A DNA stretch of 64,000 nucleotides from an uncultured Candidatus Poseidoniales archaeon (GTDB taxonomy: Archaea; Thermoplasmatota; Poseidoniia; Poseidoniales; Poseidoniaceae): the NCBI GenBank assembly GCA_964526385.1, contig CAZGJD010000003.1, forward strand, positions 55,225 through 119,224, in the 5' to 3' direction. Shown here piece after piece: positions 30,256-40,686 of the stretch (its first letter is position 1; each line of letters begins with the position of its first letter). The position numbers and the translations under genes were made by a program. A model generated the notes under the pieces. The model was given only the letters and a program-made list of their open reading frames with translations, was not told where the DNA came from and made no database searches.

Positions 30256-33200
30256 ATGACTGCAAGGGCTATTTCACTAATTGTCATACTCTTATTGGCA
30301 CCTGTTTCAATCTTGATTGAGCCAATAGAAGCAGGCGTTTCTGGGAGGGCATTGGCTTGCTCAGGCTCGGTATGCCTAAACGAGGCTTTACCGAATCCAA
30401 GTGGATATGATGATGCAACATGGCCTAATGGAGAATGGATGGAGATTCATAATTCAGGGTCTACAGCAATTGATATTCTAAATTGGGAACTCGAAAATAA
30501 AGCAGGAAAGATTCTACAATTCAATTCGACGACAATAGTCGGCTTTGAAAGTGGCAATTCATCGACCTGGACAATTTCACCTGGTGAGTATATGGTAATT
30601 GCAAGAAATGGATATGGTAATTTCTACTTGACAAATTCATTCGATTACATAACTATGACAGACGCATCTGGCAACTTCAAAGACCAAGCCTCTTGGAATT
30701 CAACATCGTCTGGCGTCAGCTTAGAAGAGGATTCAGCAAACTCGATGAACGATTGGATTCCAACCAACACACCAACCCCAGGATCGGCAAATAGTCAAGC
30801 AACTGGACCTGTTTACACTGGAGTATTGTTCAATGAAGTTATGGCAAACCCATTCTTTTCTGAGGATAATTCTTCATGGCCGGGCGGTGAGTGGATTGAA
30901 CTGCACAACGAAGGCACATCAGATGTAGATTTGACAGGATGGACAATCGTTGATAATGCTGGAAATAATATCCCCCTAAATGAATCACACTTAATAGGAA
31001 ATTCCAATATCATAGTAGCTGGAGGATACAGGGTTATTGCAGTCAATTCATCCAATGCATGGGGTGTTTTGAATAACGGAGCAGAAAGTTTGCGATTGAC
31101 CATTGCAAATGGTTCCACCACAGACCAAATTTCTTGGACTGATACCGTTGCTGGATTTTCATCAGAAGAACTCGCAGATGGTTCTTGGTTCGTAACTTCT
31201 TATCCATCACCCGGAACTGAAAACCCTAACCTTTGGACAAATATTGTTGACATGCAATCTGACGTTGTAATTACCGAGGTATTGGCTAATTCATCTAGAG
31301 ATGGATTCGCATATCCGGAAGGAGAATGGGTGGAATTGCACAACACAGGAAATACAGACTGGGACCTAGCTGACTGGAAAATAAGAGACGGAATGGGAAA
31401 TTTGACTCATATCAATATTGGAAATCTGGTAATGAATAATTCGCAACCAGGGACAATTATTGCAGCAGATTCTAGAAGACTCGTTCAATTTTCAGAATTG
31501 GTGACATTATGGAACCAGTATAACCATTTAATGCTGGAAGACCCTACTGGGAATGTCGTTTACAAAGCATGGTGGGATTCTGACCCTGGATTAAACAACT
31601 CTTTGATTGAGGCCCAAAATCCAGATCTTCCTTGGGTTATAGCGAGTTGGCCAACACCCGAAAATCCAGAACCAGGCACTACTTCGATTGTTGGAGATAT
31701 AGCATTCAATGAAATATTCCCCGACGCAATAGGAAACGATACCGATGTTTGGCCAAATGGTGAATGGATTGAATTGATTAACACAGGTACTCAATCAGTA
31801 GATATCGCAAATTGGTACTTTTCATCAGGTTCGAGAAATTTCAATATTAACGTAATTCAACTACCTGAAAAAGATAGTACGACAATAAACCCGGGTGAAA
31901 TTTTCGTTGTCGCCATAAATGGAACACAGAGTTTCTACCTAAAGAACACCGCACCTGATACAATTGAACTAAGGAATTCTGCAAATCAAATTGTTTCAAC
32001 AATAACTTACAACAAAACAACAGAAGGAGAATCGCTTTGGTATTGGAATAACGACTGGACTCAAGCACCTTATCCAACCCCTAATCAGCCGAACCCGCAA
32101 ACTTCTCCTTACGCTGGAGATGTTAGCATAGAAATTACCGAGGTGCTAGCCCACTGTTCTTCCGACACTATCACGCCGTTAGACGATTGGATTGAAGTCA
32201 ATAATACTGGAGGCCAAGCGATTGATTTGAATGCGTGGAGATTAATTTCTGGAGACGGTGATCTAATTCATGCAAGGTCTGACCGATTGTACAATTCAAT
32301 CAACACTCTAATCCAGCCTGCAGACAGAAAAATAATCACTGCTCCGAACTGGTTTATCAGTGGCCTCGGCGATTCAGTAACCCTCGAGGACCCTGATGGA
32401 AACGTCGTTGATTCTGTTGTTTGGACGACTGTCACTGATTGTAAAACAATGGACTCAGATGGCGAGGTATTACCTTGGCCAACGCCCGGTTATGAGGAAC
32501 CTGATATTTCCTCATACGCAGGTCCAGAAGACCTCGTTTTTAGTAGATTCATGTTCCAAGAATCAAGTGCTTCAACCAATGATGAATTCTTTGAGATAAC
32601 AAACATCGGAAATCGAACCGCCGTAATGACCGGCTGGACCGTAACAAAAACAACAACTAGTGGACAATCATTCAATGGTACATTCAATTCCTTATTCATA
32701 GATTCAGGGAATTCAGTTATCATCAGCCCAGATGCAAGTGCTGTTAAGGCAATGGAACAATCAACAATTGTTAATGCAGAGGATGTAATGGATTTCCCAG
32801 TTTGGCTTCCTGACAGTGGTTCTACAATACAATTGATTTCTCCACTTGGGGTAGTTGCTGACACTTTCGTATATGGCAACGGACCAACTGACCTTGTTGG
32901 ATGGTCCGGTCCAGCGATTAGTGAACCTGTAACAACTGTGGATAGAATTCTGTATATTCGTGGCGATGGTTGTGGAAACTTGGTTGACACAAACCAATCC
33001 GCTGATTGGGAGATTAGGTGGTCGGTTGCAGGGGCTTCACACTTCTGTGGTATTAACTCATTTTCAGACAACGCAAACGTTACGCCGTTGATTGCACCAG
33101 AAGCAGGTTTAGACAATGTTGTTTCGATGATTAATGATGCTCAACAAAGCATACACGTACACATTTACCAACTGCATCATGTTAACCTCGCTTATGCATT

Positions 33201-35013
33201 AATTCAAGCACAGACTAGAGGGGTCGAAGTGACGGTAGTTATTCACGAGCCTGAAAATTGGTGGTCTCAAAGCGAGATTTCTCAAAGTAGAGGCATAGCA
33301 TATGAATTAGAAAATTCCGGTGTAGATGTCCTGCAATTCTCATCATCTTCATCCTCACCATACCAGTACCTTCACTCCAAAGTATCAGTAGTGGACGATG
33401 AAGTCGTTTGGTTCGGTTCTGGTAATTGGAAATCTTCCAGTATGCCAGCAGATAATCGTGGCAATCGAGACTGGGGTATAATCATCGAGAGTTCTGATTT
33501 AGCGCAAATCGTCCTTGAAAGGATAACATTTGATGAAGACCCAAGCCAACTCCATGTTGAAGATTCCACATTTACACAACCCGCATCGGGTTCATATGAA
33601 TCTCCAATTGAATACGTACCAACAAACATCAAACAACCTATGCTTGAATCTGTAAATGGGGAATTGTTGACCTGTCCAGATGATTGTGTACAAGGACTTG
33701 CGGAATTGATTCAATCCGCAGAATCCGAAATCTTGCTATCCTTGCAATATTTCGAAATGGACTGGTATTGGGGTTGGCAAACAAACCCCCTCCTCGAATC
33801 CTTGGAGGATGCTGCTGAGAGAGGTATAACAATACGCATGGCAATCAATCAACACTACGTAAATGAAAATCCTGGGATAAGAGAAGCAGTGAATGAGTTA
33901 AACAGTTGGCAAGGTGATGTTGAAGCAGTCCTCATGTCTGAAAACGAAACTGTCCGAAAACTTCACAACAAAGGTATGATTATCGATGGAGAAATTGTCT
34001 TAGTTTCCAGTATCAACTGGGGTGATAACTCAATTCTAAGAAATAGGGAGATGGGAATCGCAATTGAGAACGCAAACATCGCTGCCGTTTACGAACAGTC
34101 ATTCTGGGAAGACTGGAATAGAATGGATACCTACACAGATACGGATATTGATGGAATTCCAGATTATTGGGAGCTAGAAAATGGGTTGGACAGAACCATG
34201 GATGACAGTGGGCTCGACAATGATAATGACGGAATTACTAACCATGGAGAATTTACATATGGTTCAGATCCAAACTCGAACGATAGCGATGGAGATTGTA
34301 TTCTTGATGGGGATGAGGTAATTTGGGCGTCACAAACAACAGGAGTTACAGCAAGCAATGCTCTCTTGCTTGAGGATGCAGATCTAGATGGGTTAAAGGA
34401 TAGTGAAACACTTGGTTGCAAACCTGAAATTCAAGGAGAAATCATGGATGAAGATGACGACGGAGTGGTTGATTCTGAAGATGATTGCCCCAATACTGCA
34501 ACTGGCGACCAAGTTAATTCAGATGGCTGTTCACCTGAACAGATTACTCAACCTGTAAACAATAATGATGCAGATGAGGACGGGATTCCAGATGATGAAG
34601 ATGAATGTCCGAACACACCCCCAGAAACGGCTACAGATACACAAGGATGTTCCAGTGAGCAAAATAAGGAACAATCTTCAGATGATTCCCAAGGTAGTAA
34701 TGATTCCAGTGGGTTAAACTTCATGATAGTTTTAATCGTAATTGGCACAATCATTTGTGGAGGTGCACTGTTCGTTCTATTGAGGAATCCAACACCACAG
34801 GTTGACGTTTTGGAAGGTATAGATGATGATTCTAAGTCGTATGAAATGCCAGTTTTGGACGGCACTAACGAAGTAGAAAATCAAGGAGGAATAGATATGA
34901 GTAAATTCCCAGGATGGGACACTAGTCAAGTTGAGCGTTACCTAGAATCTGGGTGGACCGAGGAACAACTATCTGAATGGTATCAGCAACAAATTGAGGA
35001 AAATTCCGCATAA
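30256..35013 (+). CDS. Surface-anchored phospholipase D-superfamily enzyme with six lamin-tail domains and Ca-binding repeats
   Basis: Signal peptide; six NE..EWxELxN-type LTD repeats; two HKD motifs (HSKVSVVD, HNKGMIID); DxDxDG/TSP3-like repeats; C-terminal TM. Confidence 0.88.
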   Translation: MTARAISLIVILLLAPVSILIEPIEAGVSGRALACSGSVCLNEALPNPSGYDDATWPNGEWMEIHNSGSTAIDILNWELENKAGKILQFNSTTIVGFESGNSSTWTISPGEYMVIARNGYGNFYLTNSFDYITMTDASGNFKDQASWNSTSSGVSLEEDSANSMNDWIPTNTPTPGSANSQATGPVYTGVLFNEVMANPFFSEDNSSWPGGEWIELHNEGTSDVDLTGWTIVDNAGNNIPLNESHLIGNSNIIVAGGYRVIAVNSSNAWGVLNNGAESLRLTIANGSTTDQISWTDTVAGFSSEELADGSWFVTSYPSPGTENPNLWTNIVDMQSDVVITEVLANSSRDGFAYPEGEWVELHNTGNTDWDLADWKIRDGMGNLTHINIGNLVMNNSQPGTIIAADSRRLVQFSELVTLWNQYNHLMLEDPTGNVVYKAWWDSDPGLNNSLIEAQNPDLPWVIASWPTPENPEPGTTSIVGDIAFNEIFPDAIGNDTDVWPNGEWIELINTGTQSVDIANWYFSSGSRNFNINVIQLPEKDSTTINPGEIFVVAINGTQSFYLKNTAPDTIELRNSANQIVSTITYNKTTEGESLWYWNNDWTQAPYPTPNQPNPQTSPYAGDVSIEITEVLAHCSSDTITPLDDWIEVNNTGGQAIDLNAWRLISGDGDLIHARSDRLYNSINTLIQPADRKIITAPNWFISGLGDSVTLEDPDGNVVDSVVWTTVTDCKTMDSDGEVLPWPTPGYEEPDISSYAGPEDLVFSRFMFQESSASTNDEFFEITNIGNRTAVMTGWTVTKTTTSGQSFNGTFNSLFIDSGNSVIISPDASAVKAMEQSTIVNAEDVMDFPVWLPDSGSTIQLISPLGVVADTFVYGNGPTDLVGWSGPAISEPVTTVDRILYIRGDGCGNLVDTNQSADWEIRWSVAGASHFCGINSFSDNANVTPLIAPEAGLDNVVSMINDAQQSIHVHIYQLHHVNLAYALIQAQTRGVEVTVVIHEPENWWSQSEISQSRGIAYELENSGVDVLQFSSSSSSPYQYLHSKVSVVDDEVVWFGSGNWKSSSMPADNRGNRDWGIIIESSDLAQIVLERITFDEDPSQLHVEDSTFTQPASGSYESPIEYVPTNIKQPMLESVNGELLTCPDDCVQGLAELIQSAESEILLSLQYFEMDWYWGWQTNPLLESLEDAAERGITIRMAINQHYVNENPGIREAVNELNSWQGDVEAVLMSENETVRKLHNKGMIIDGEIVLVSSINWGDNSILRNREMGIAIENANIAAVYEQSFWEDWNRMDTYTDTDIDGIPDYWELENGLDRTMDDSGLDNDNDGITNHGEFTYGSDPNSNDSDGDCILDGDEVIWASQTTGVTASNALLLEDADLDGLKDSETLGCKPEIQGEIMDEDDDGVVDSEDDCPNTATGDQVNSDGCSPEQITQPVNNNDADEDGIPDDEDECPNTPPETATDTQGCSSEQNKEQSSDDSQGSNDSSGLNFMIVLIVIGTIICGGALFVLLRNPTPQVDVLEGIDDDSKSYEMPVLDGTNEVENQGGIDMSKFPGWDTSQVERYLESGWTEEQLSEWYQQQIEENSA

Positions 35014-35051
35014 GATTCACAAAGGAGTGCTGTTATCCCTGTCTGAGTCAC

Positions 35052-35801
35052 ATGGTGTTTAGACAAAGCAACCCCGCCCTGAATCCAAATTATTTCCGTG
35101 GAGAAATGGGCACAGAAACGATGTCAATTGAAGGAACGATTAGTAAAACCTTGACACTACTTAGCCTTGTAGGTATATCGGCATTAGTCGCATATTCTCT
35201 ATGTCTACAAAATCCCGCATACGGTGGGATGATGATAATCGGTGGCGGTGTAGGTGGATTTATACTCGCTCTCATTATCATCCTAACACGCCCATCTCAA
35301 CCACAGGTTTTGATGAGTATGTATGCCCTACTGGAAGGATTATTTGTTGGTGCATTCTCATTTATGGTTGAGCATTACTATTTGGGTGGCAGTGACGGTG
35401 TCGTTCTACAAGCATTAGCTGGAACAATCGGTGTTTTCATTACTATGCTGACTCTTTACAGAATGAGAATAATTCAGCCAACTGAGAAATTCACTTTGGC
35501 GGTTGTCTCTGTTGGTTTTGCAATCATGATGATTTACATGTTCAACTTCATGTTGAGTTTCATGGGTGCAAGCATTCCTTTCATCCACAGTAATGGTGCT
35601 ATCGGAATCGGAATTAGCGTAGTTTTTACCGGAGTTGCAGCCCTATTCCTTATCCTCGATTTCGGTGTAATCGAAAACGGAGTAAAGCACGGTGCTCCCA
35701 AAAATATGGAATGGTACGGCGCTTTTGGCTTAGTGATAACCCTTATCTGGCTTTACATTGAGATGTTGAAATTAATCGCTAAACTAAATTCTCGTGATTA
35801 A
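35052..35801 (+). CDS. Bax inhibitor-1/YccA family membrane protein
   Basis: SNPAL, MSIEGTISKT, YALLEG, LDF..IENG..GAPK..EWYGAFGL..TLIWLY. Confidence 0.9.
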   Translation: MVFRQSNPALNPNYFRGEMGTETMSIEGTISKTLTLLSLVGISALVAYSLCLQNPAYGGMMIIGGGVGGFILALIIILTRPSQPQVLMSMYALLEGLFVGAFSFMVEHYYLGGSDGVVLQALAGTIGVFITMLTLYRMRIIQPTEKFTLAVVSVGFAIMMIYMFNFMLSFMGASIPFIHSNGAIGIGISVVFTGVAALFLILDFGVIENGVKHGAPKNMEWYGAFGLVITLIWLYIEMLKLIAKLNSRD

Positions 35802-35802
35802 A

Positions 35803-36735
35803 ATGACAAGATCACTTACCGTTTGTAATCTATCCGATTACAGAGCTGGAGGAAAAAGACGTGACGACTTCATAAATTCTCTAGGGGAGGCTTTACAGGA
35901 CATTGGATTTTTCGCATTGACAGGCCACGGGATAAGCACTGAAGCAATACAGAAATCCTACAATGTGGCTGAGGAATTCTTCAGTCTGCCTCAAGAAACC
36001 AAATCAAAATATGAACAATCCACAATCTCAAGACAGAGGGGTTACACTCCTTTCGGTGTTGAGCATGCTAAAGATAATCCAGCGCCCGACCTGAAAGAGT
36101 TTTGGCAAACTGGAAGAACAGTTGATGACGAAAATTTCCCAAAAAATATTTGGCCAGAGGAAGCAGTTGGATTTGAGGATTCGATTGATGGACTTTACCA
36201 AGCCATGGAGTCGATGAGCCTCGAATTACTATCAGCCGCTTCTGTATTTCTCGGTAAAGATGCTAATTGGCTACCTTCCATGGCGGAAAACGGTAACACA
36301 ATTCTGCGAGTAATCCACTATCCAGCTCTAGGCGATAATGCACCAGAAGGTGCAGTAAGAAGCGCAAAACACGAAGATATCAACCTCATAACCCTCTTGG
36401 TAGGTGCTACAGCCGACGGATTACAAGTTATGGACCACGATGGGACCTGGATTGAAGTTGAAGGGAATCACGACCATATCATCGTAGATAGTGGAGACAT
36501 GTTACAAAACTTGACTAATGGATTGTTCAAATCTACAACTCATAGAGTAATAAATCCTCCAGACAATCACACAGATAGATACTCGATGCCGATGTTTGTT
36601 CATCCAAGAAACGAAATTGACCTAACTCCACTTCCAGAATTTGTCGCTCAAACGGGTGGAGAAGTGCTTTACGATTCGATTAATGCTGGAGACTATCTTC
36701 ACCAGAGACTCGTTGAGATAGGTTTGGCTTCTTAG
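35803..36735 (+). CDS. 2-oxoglutarate/Fe(II) dioxygenase, isopenicillin N synthase family
   Basis: GFFALTGHG, LRVIHYP, HED..H..RYS motifs. Confidence 0.92.
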   Translation: MTRSLTVCNLSDYRAGGKRRDDFINSLGEALQDIGFFALTGHGISTEAIQKSYNVAEEFFSLPQETKSKYEQSTISRQRGYTPFGVEHAKDNPAPDLKEFWQTGRTVDDENFPKNIWPEEAVGFEDSIDGLYQAMESMSLELLSAASVFLGKDANWLPSMAENGNTILRVIHYPALGDNAPEGAVRSAKHEDINLITLLVGATADGLQVMDHDGTWIEVEGNHDHIIVDSGDMLQNLTNGLFKSTTHRVINPPDNHTDRYSMPMFVHPRNEIDLTPLPEFVAQTGGEVLYDSINAGDYLHQRLVEIGLAS

Positions 36736-36743
36736 GTGTGAAT

Positions 36744-37997
36744 ATGCTTTCGATGCCTTCCATAATAGAGAAGAAAAGAGATGGTATTGAACTTTCAAAT
36801 GAGGATTTCATATTTATTTGTGAAAAAATAGAAACTATTCCAAGAGAACAACTTGGCGCCTTTTTGATGGCTTGTCAAATTAATGGATTAACAAATAAAG
36901 AAACTACAAATTTGACTTTGGCTATGCTTAACTCAGGTGAAAAATTTCCAACAGAGACAAACCGTGTAGACAAGCATTCAACGGGCGGAGTAGGTGACAA
37001 GATGAGCATCATACTTGCACCCGCACTAAGAGCTTGTGGAGCAGTAGTTCCAATGTTAGCGGGAAGAGGTTTAGCACACACAGGAGGGACTATCGATAAG
37101 TTAGAATCAATCCCGGGATTCAACACGGGTCTCTTACTTGAAGAAATGGCAACAAATCCATGCTTCATTTCCAGACAAACTGAAGAGATTGCTCCAGCAG
37201 ACAAGATACTATATTCGATTCGGGATATAACGGGAACTGTACCTCAAATAGGTTTGATAACGGCTTCTATTATCTCAAAAAAAGCGGCTGAAGGGCTGGA
37301 AAATTTGGTCCTCGACGTTAAATGTGGCAAAGCCGCATTCATGAAAAACCATAATGACGCAAAAGCGCTTGCTAAATCTATGGTTGCTACCGGCAACTCT
37401 CTTGGAATGAAAGTGACTGCTCAAATCACTGAAATGAACAATCCAATTGGGAAAATGTTGGGAAATAGCCACGAAATTGTAGAGTGTATTCAATGCTTGA
37501 AAAATGAGGGACCTAATGACACGATGGAATTGGTTTATTCACAAGCCAACAGCCTAGGATACGACATCAGGGAGGTTATCAAAAATGGAAAGGCACTTGA
37601 TGAATTTAAATCAATGTGCATCCGACAAGGAGTTACACATGATACGGTTGAAAAATTGGTTTCTGATCCTTGGTCGGTTCTGAAAAGAAGCCCAATAAAA
37701 TCCGAGATTGTATCTAGCACCTCTGGTTTTTTGACCTCAATCGATGCTTATGAGGTAGGTATGATTCTTTGTGAATTAGGTGCGGGAAGGACCGGGTCCT
37801 CCCAGAAGATTAACCACGGGGTTGGGTGTAAACTCACCAAAAATATTGGAGATTTTGTTGAGCAGGGGGAAATACTGTTGGAACTTGATTCGGAATATGA
37901 AATTTCTGAGGATTTCCTCGAATCAATCCGTAGTGCCGTGATTATTTCTGATAAGGTTCCTGAAATCAAAAGCAGAATTATAGAAATTATATCCTAA
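36744..37997 (+). CDS. deoA: Thymidine / pyrimidine-nucleoside phosphorylase
   Basis: IIEKKRDG, DKHSTGGVGDK, GRGLAHTGGTIDKLESIPG, SKK, DVKCG. Confidence 0.93.
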   Translation: MLSMPSIIEKKRDGIELSNEDFIFICEKIETIPREQLGAFLMACQINGLTNKETTNLTLAMLNSGEKFPTETNRVDKHSTGGVGDKMSIILAPALRACGAVVPMLAGRGLAHTGGTIDKLESIPGFNTGLLLEEMATNPCFISRQTEEIAPADKILYSIRDITGTVPQIGLITASIISKKAAEGLENLVLDVKCGKAAFMKNHNDAKALAKSMVATGNSLGMKVTAQITEMNNPIGKMLGNSHEIVECIQCLKNEGPNDTMELVYSQANSLGYDIREVIKNGKALDEFKSMCIRQGVTHDTVEKLVSDPWSVLKRSPIKSEIVSSTSGFLTSIDAYEVGMILCELGAGRTGSSQKINHGVGCKLTKNIGDFVEQGEILLELDSEYEISEDFLESIRSAVIISDKVPEIKSRIIEIIS

Positions 37998-38051
37998 TAA
38001 ATCCTTTTTACAATGGATGGTATCATATAGGAATTGCTTTTCGGGTGTCTT

Positions 38052-38124
38052 GCCGATTTAGCTTAGTTGGTGGAGCGTGGGACTGTTAATCCCAAGGTCA
38101 TGGGTTCGAGCCCCATAATCGGCG
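38052..38124 (+). tRNA. tRNA-Asn(GTT)
   Basis: GCCGATT..AATCGGC-G acceptor stem, TGGGA-CT-GTT-AA-TCCCA anticodon arm, GGTTCGAG T-arm. Confidence 0.97.
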
Positions 38125-38216
38125 TAATATATTACACCCAACTTGGAATCAATTGATATAATCTAGATTTTTTAATATAGAATGGTGTTAAATATTACCG
38201 TAATTTACTATAATAC

Positions 38217-38714
38217 ATGGACATTGCAATCGAGGCGGCAGTTCTTGCGGCTAAGACTTTGTTTAGCGCATATGGAGGATATTCCACTAAGAGTGCTATA
38301 GAAGATGACCAAAGTTTCAGAAACGAAATTGAACGTAGACTAAAGACAATCAAAAGGCATGTTGAGAATATCCAAACGACTGCACATGAAGAAAAAATGC
38401 GAGACGCTCGTGACATTAGCGAGAGTTTACTAAGCATAATCCACCAATCTATTGACGATACAAAAATGTCAATCAGCAAACAAGCACTTCACTCTATCAA
38501 TTCAAACCTCAATCGCAAGGCAAAAAAGAAGCTTGTTGAGCACGACCTCGAGACCCTTGAAAGATTGGTCAAGGTAACAAATCAGGTAAACGAAGTTCAG
38601 GAATTGATGTTTGATTCAGATGAGGGTGAAGTAAAGAAAAATCTTCGTTCTTTGAAACAAAATTTAACTGGAGCGAGAAATCATTTCTCGCATAGAAATG
38701 TGATACTGGAGTGA
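38217..38714 (+). CDS. Hypothetical all-alpha helical protein
   Basis: 165-aa amphipathic helical ORF overlapping the next gene (GTGA). Confidence 0.8.
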   Translation: MDIAIEAAVLAAKTLFSAYGGYSTKSAIEDDQSFRNEIERRLKTIKRHVENIQTTAHEEKMRDARDISESLLSIIHQSIDDTKMSISKQALHSINSNLNRKAKKKLVEHDLETLERLVKVTNQVNEVQELMFDSDEGEVKKNLRSLKQNLTGARNHFSHRNVILE

Positions 38715-40060
38715 GAAAAATGAACTATAAATGGCGAACAAACCCGGCGGTAATTGCACAATATGTGATGGACAAACACGTACCCAATGGTAGCAAAATT
38801 GTTCTGAAACCAAATGAAGCATGTGTTGTACTTGAAGGAGGAAGAGTAGCAGGAATTGCTACACAAACAGAAATGGAAATCAACCCAAGATTAGGAGCAA
38901 TTTCAAGATTCTTTGGCAAACAGAATCCTTCACGCTCTTTCTTGTTTGTATTCCTTGGACCTCATGATGTCATGCTACCCCTAAATGGGAAGACAAGTGA
39001 TGGACAGCAAGTACAAGGAATGGGATTCATTCGAATCATGTTCGACCGTGAATCTTGCCCAAAGTTACTTCAAATGGCTGCTAAAGGAACAACTACTGTT
39101 ACATTGGCAGATATTTCTCGTAGTTTAATCCAAGAGGCGACAACCAAAATCAATCAGGACATTCTAAATTCTGTAACTTTGGAACAACTTAGATCCGATG
39201 TGAATGTTAGCAAGGATATCTCTTCCACATTGCAAATAGCATTGAGAAATACTGCGGCATCTTATGGATTTAGCATTTCATCCGCTTGGTCTAACTGGAT
39301 GGATACTGAAACTGAGAGGTTGGATAAAATGCAGGTTGACCTAGAAAATCTTGCTCGTAAGAACCACCTTATGGGAGAAAACGAGCAAGAGCACGCTGAC
39401 AAAGTTCTCTCCAGTCAAATTCGTAAATTCGAATTACTGCATAATCTACACGTTGCTGAACTAACTGCGGACGCAAAGAAAAATGCGGCCGCTGAGTTAG
39501 CGCAGATTGAAGCAAATATCGAAGTTGACAGGGCCAAGTGGAACCAAATTCGTGACCAAGAAGTAAGACAAGCAAATCACTCCGCAGAACTTCATGCGAT
39601 TAGAAGAGACGAGCAACTGGCTGAATCTTTGCACGCTATTGAACTTGCAAGAAATCAACTCGATGTAAAACAAATGGAAATCGACCAAAATTTTGCTAAT
39701 CAGGAACGACAACAACAAATGGCACAAGATAATGTCAAATTTGCACATGATCTTGAACAAGACAAACTTGATTCCAAGACAAATAGAGCAATGGACATGT
39801 TTGCTCAGGTGCAGGAAAACAAGCGAAAGAGAATGGAAATGGATGCAAACCGAGAGCAAGATAGACTGCAAACCCAATCTGATATGAGCAACAAAATGTT
39901 GGACACCTTAGCAAATATCGCTAGTTCAACTAACGATAGTCAAGTTGCAATCGAGGCGCTAAAACAACTTTCTGAACTGAGAAAATCAGACGTAAAAGCT
40001 TCATCTGATGCATATACAACTGAATCAGAAAAAAGTGGTGATGAAGACCCAAAAGTGTGA
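38711..40060 (+). CDS. SPFH/Band-7-like N-terminal domain plus long flotillin-like coiled coil
   Basis: GSKIVLKPNEACVVLEGG resembles the start of SPFH/YdjI-type domains; E/Q/A-rich coiled coil over the last ~250 aa; alternative start ATG 38720. Confidence 0.7.
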   Translation: MRKMNYKWRTNPAVIAQYVMDKHVPNGSKIVLKPNEACVVLEGGRVAGIATQTEMEINPRLGAISRFFGKQNPSRSFLFVFLGPHDVMLPLNGKTSDGQQVQGMGFIRIMFDRESCPKLLQMAAKGTTTVTLADISRSLIQEATTKINQDILNSVTLEQLRSDVNVSKDISSTLQIALRNTAASYGFSISSAWSNWMDTETERLDKMQVDLENLARKNHLMGENEQEHADKVLSSQIRKFELLHNLHVAELTADAKKNAAAELAQIEANIEVDRAKWNQIRDQEVRQANHSAELHAIRRDEQLAESLHAIELARNQLDVKQMEIDQNFANQERQQQMAQDNVKFAHDLEQDKLDSKTNRAMDMFAQVQENKRKRMEMDANREQDRLQTQSDMSNKMLDTLANIASSTNDSQVAIEALKQLSELRKSDVKASSDAYTTESEKSGDEDPKV

Positions 40061-40686
40061 ACGAAAGTGAGGCTGCTGGTTCAGTCTCTCTTTCTGATAA
40101 CGTGATTAACGATAGCGTAATCAATATTTATTACGGGTCAAAAGAAGAGAATTTGACCGAAGAGGAAAAAATCAATGATTTCCGAAGAAGAATCAAAAAT
40201 TCTACTAAATCAAACAACATTGCTAGAGAATTGGATTCAATAGCTGTCGAGTTAAAAAAGCAAATTGCCGATTTATCACCCGATGGCTTGAACTCATCTT
40301 GCGTCCCATATCTCTCTCTTCTGGGATTGTGTAACTCTAGACGTGGAAAACTTAACGAAATGAAAGAAAATATCGAACAGGCTTTGAAAATTGACCCACA
40401 CGATGAACAAGCAAACTTGGTTTTTGGTGAACATTATTTCGACTTATATCAGCGCTTGACGAGTAAATCAGACCAGCAGGGCGCGATGAATATGGGTATT
40501 TTCCACTACAGGGATGTTTGGAATAATGCAGTCAATTTGGGGGCGAAAAACAATGCTGGCTATCATTTGTGTATCTTATTAGTAGAACGAGGCGACTTGA
40601 ATGAAGCCAGACAAATCAAAGAAGAAATATTAGCAAATATTTCAAATCCCGAAGGAAGAAAACGAATTGAATCAATAGACATTTGA
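40057..40686 (+). CDS. TPR-repeat protein
   Basis: LGLCNSRRGKLNEMKENIEQALKIDPHD and YHLCILLVERGDLNEA TPR patterns. Confidence 0.75.
   Translation: MNESEAAGSVSLSDNVINDSVINIYYGSKEENLTEEEKINDFRRRIKNSTKSNNIARELDSIAVELKKQIADLSPDGLNSSCVPYLSLLGLCNSRRGKLNEMKENIEQALKIDPHDEQANLVFGEHYFDLYQRLTSKSDQQGAMNMGIFHYRDVWNNAVNLGAKNNAGYHLCILLVERGDLNEARQIKEEILANISNPEGRKRIESIDI

Noticed and set aside
38124..38135. 12-bp palindrome GTAATATATTAC at the tRNA-Asn 3' end
   Set aside because: Short, AT-only core in an AT-rich region, no second copy seen; could be chance
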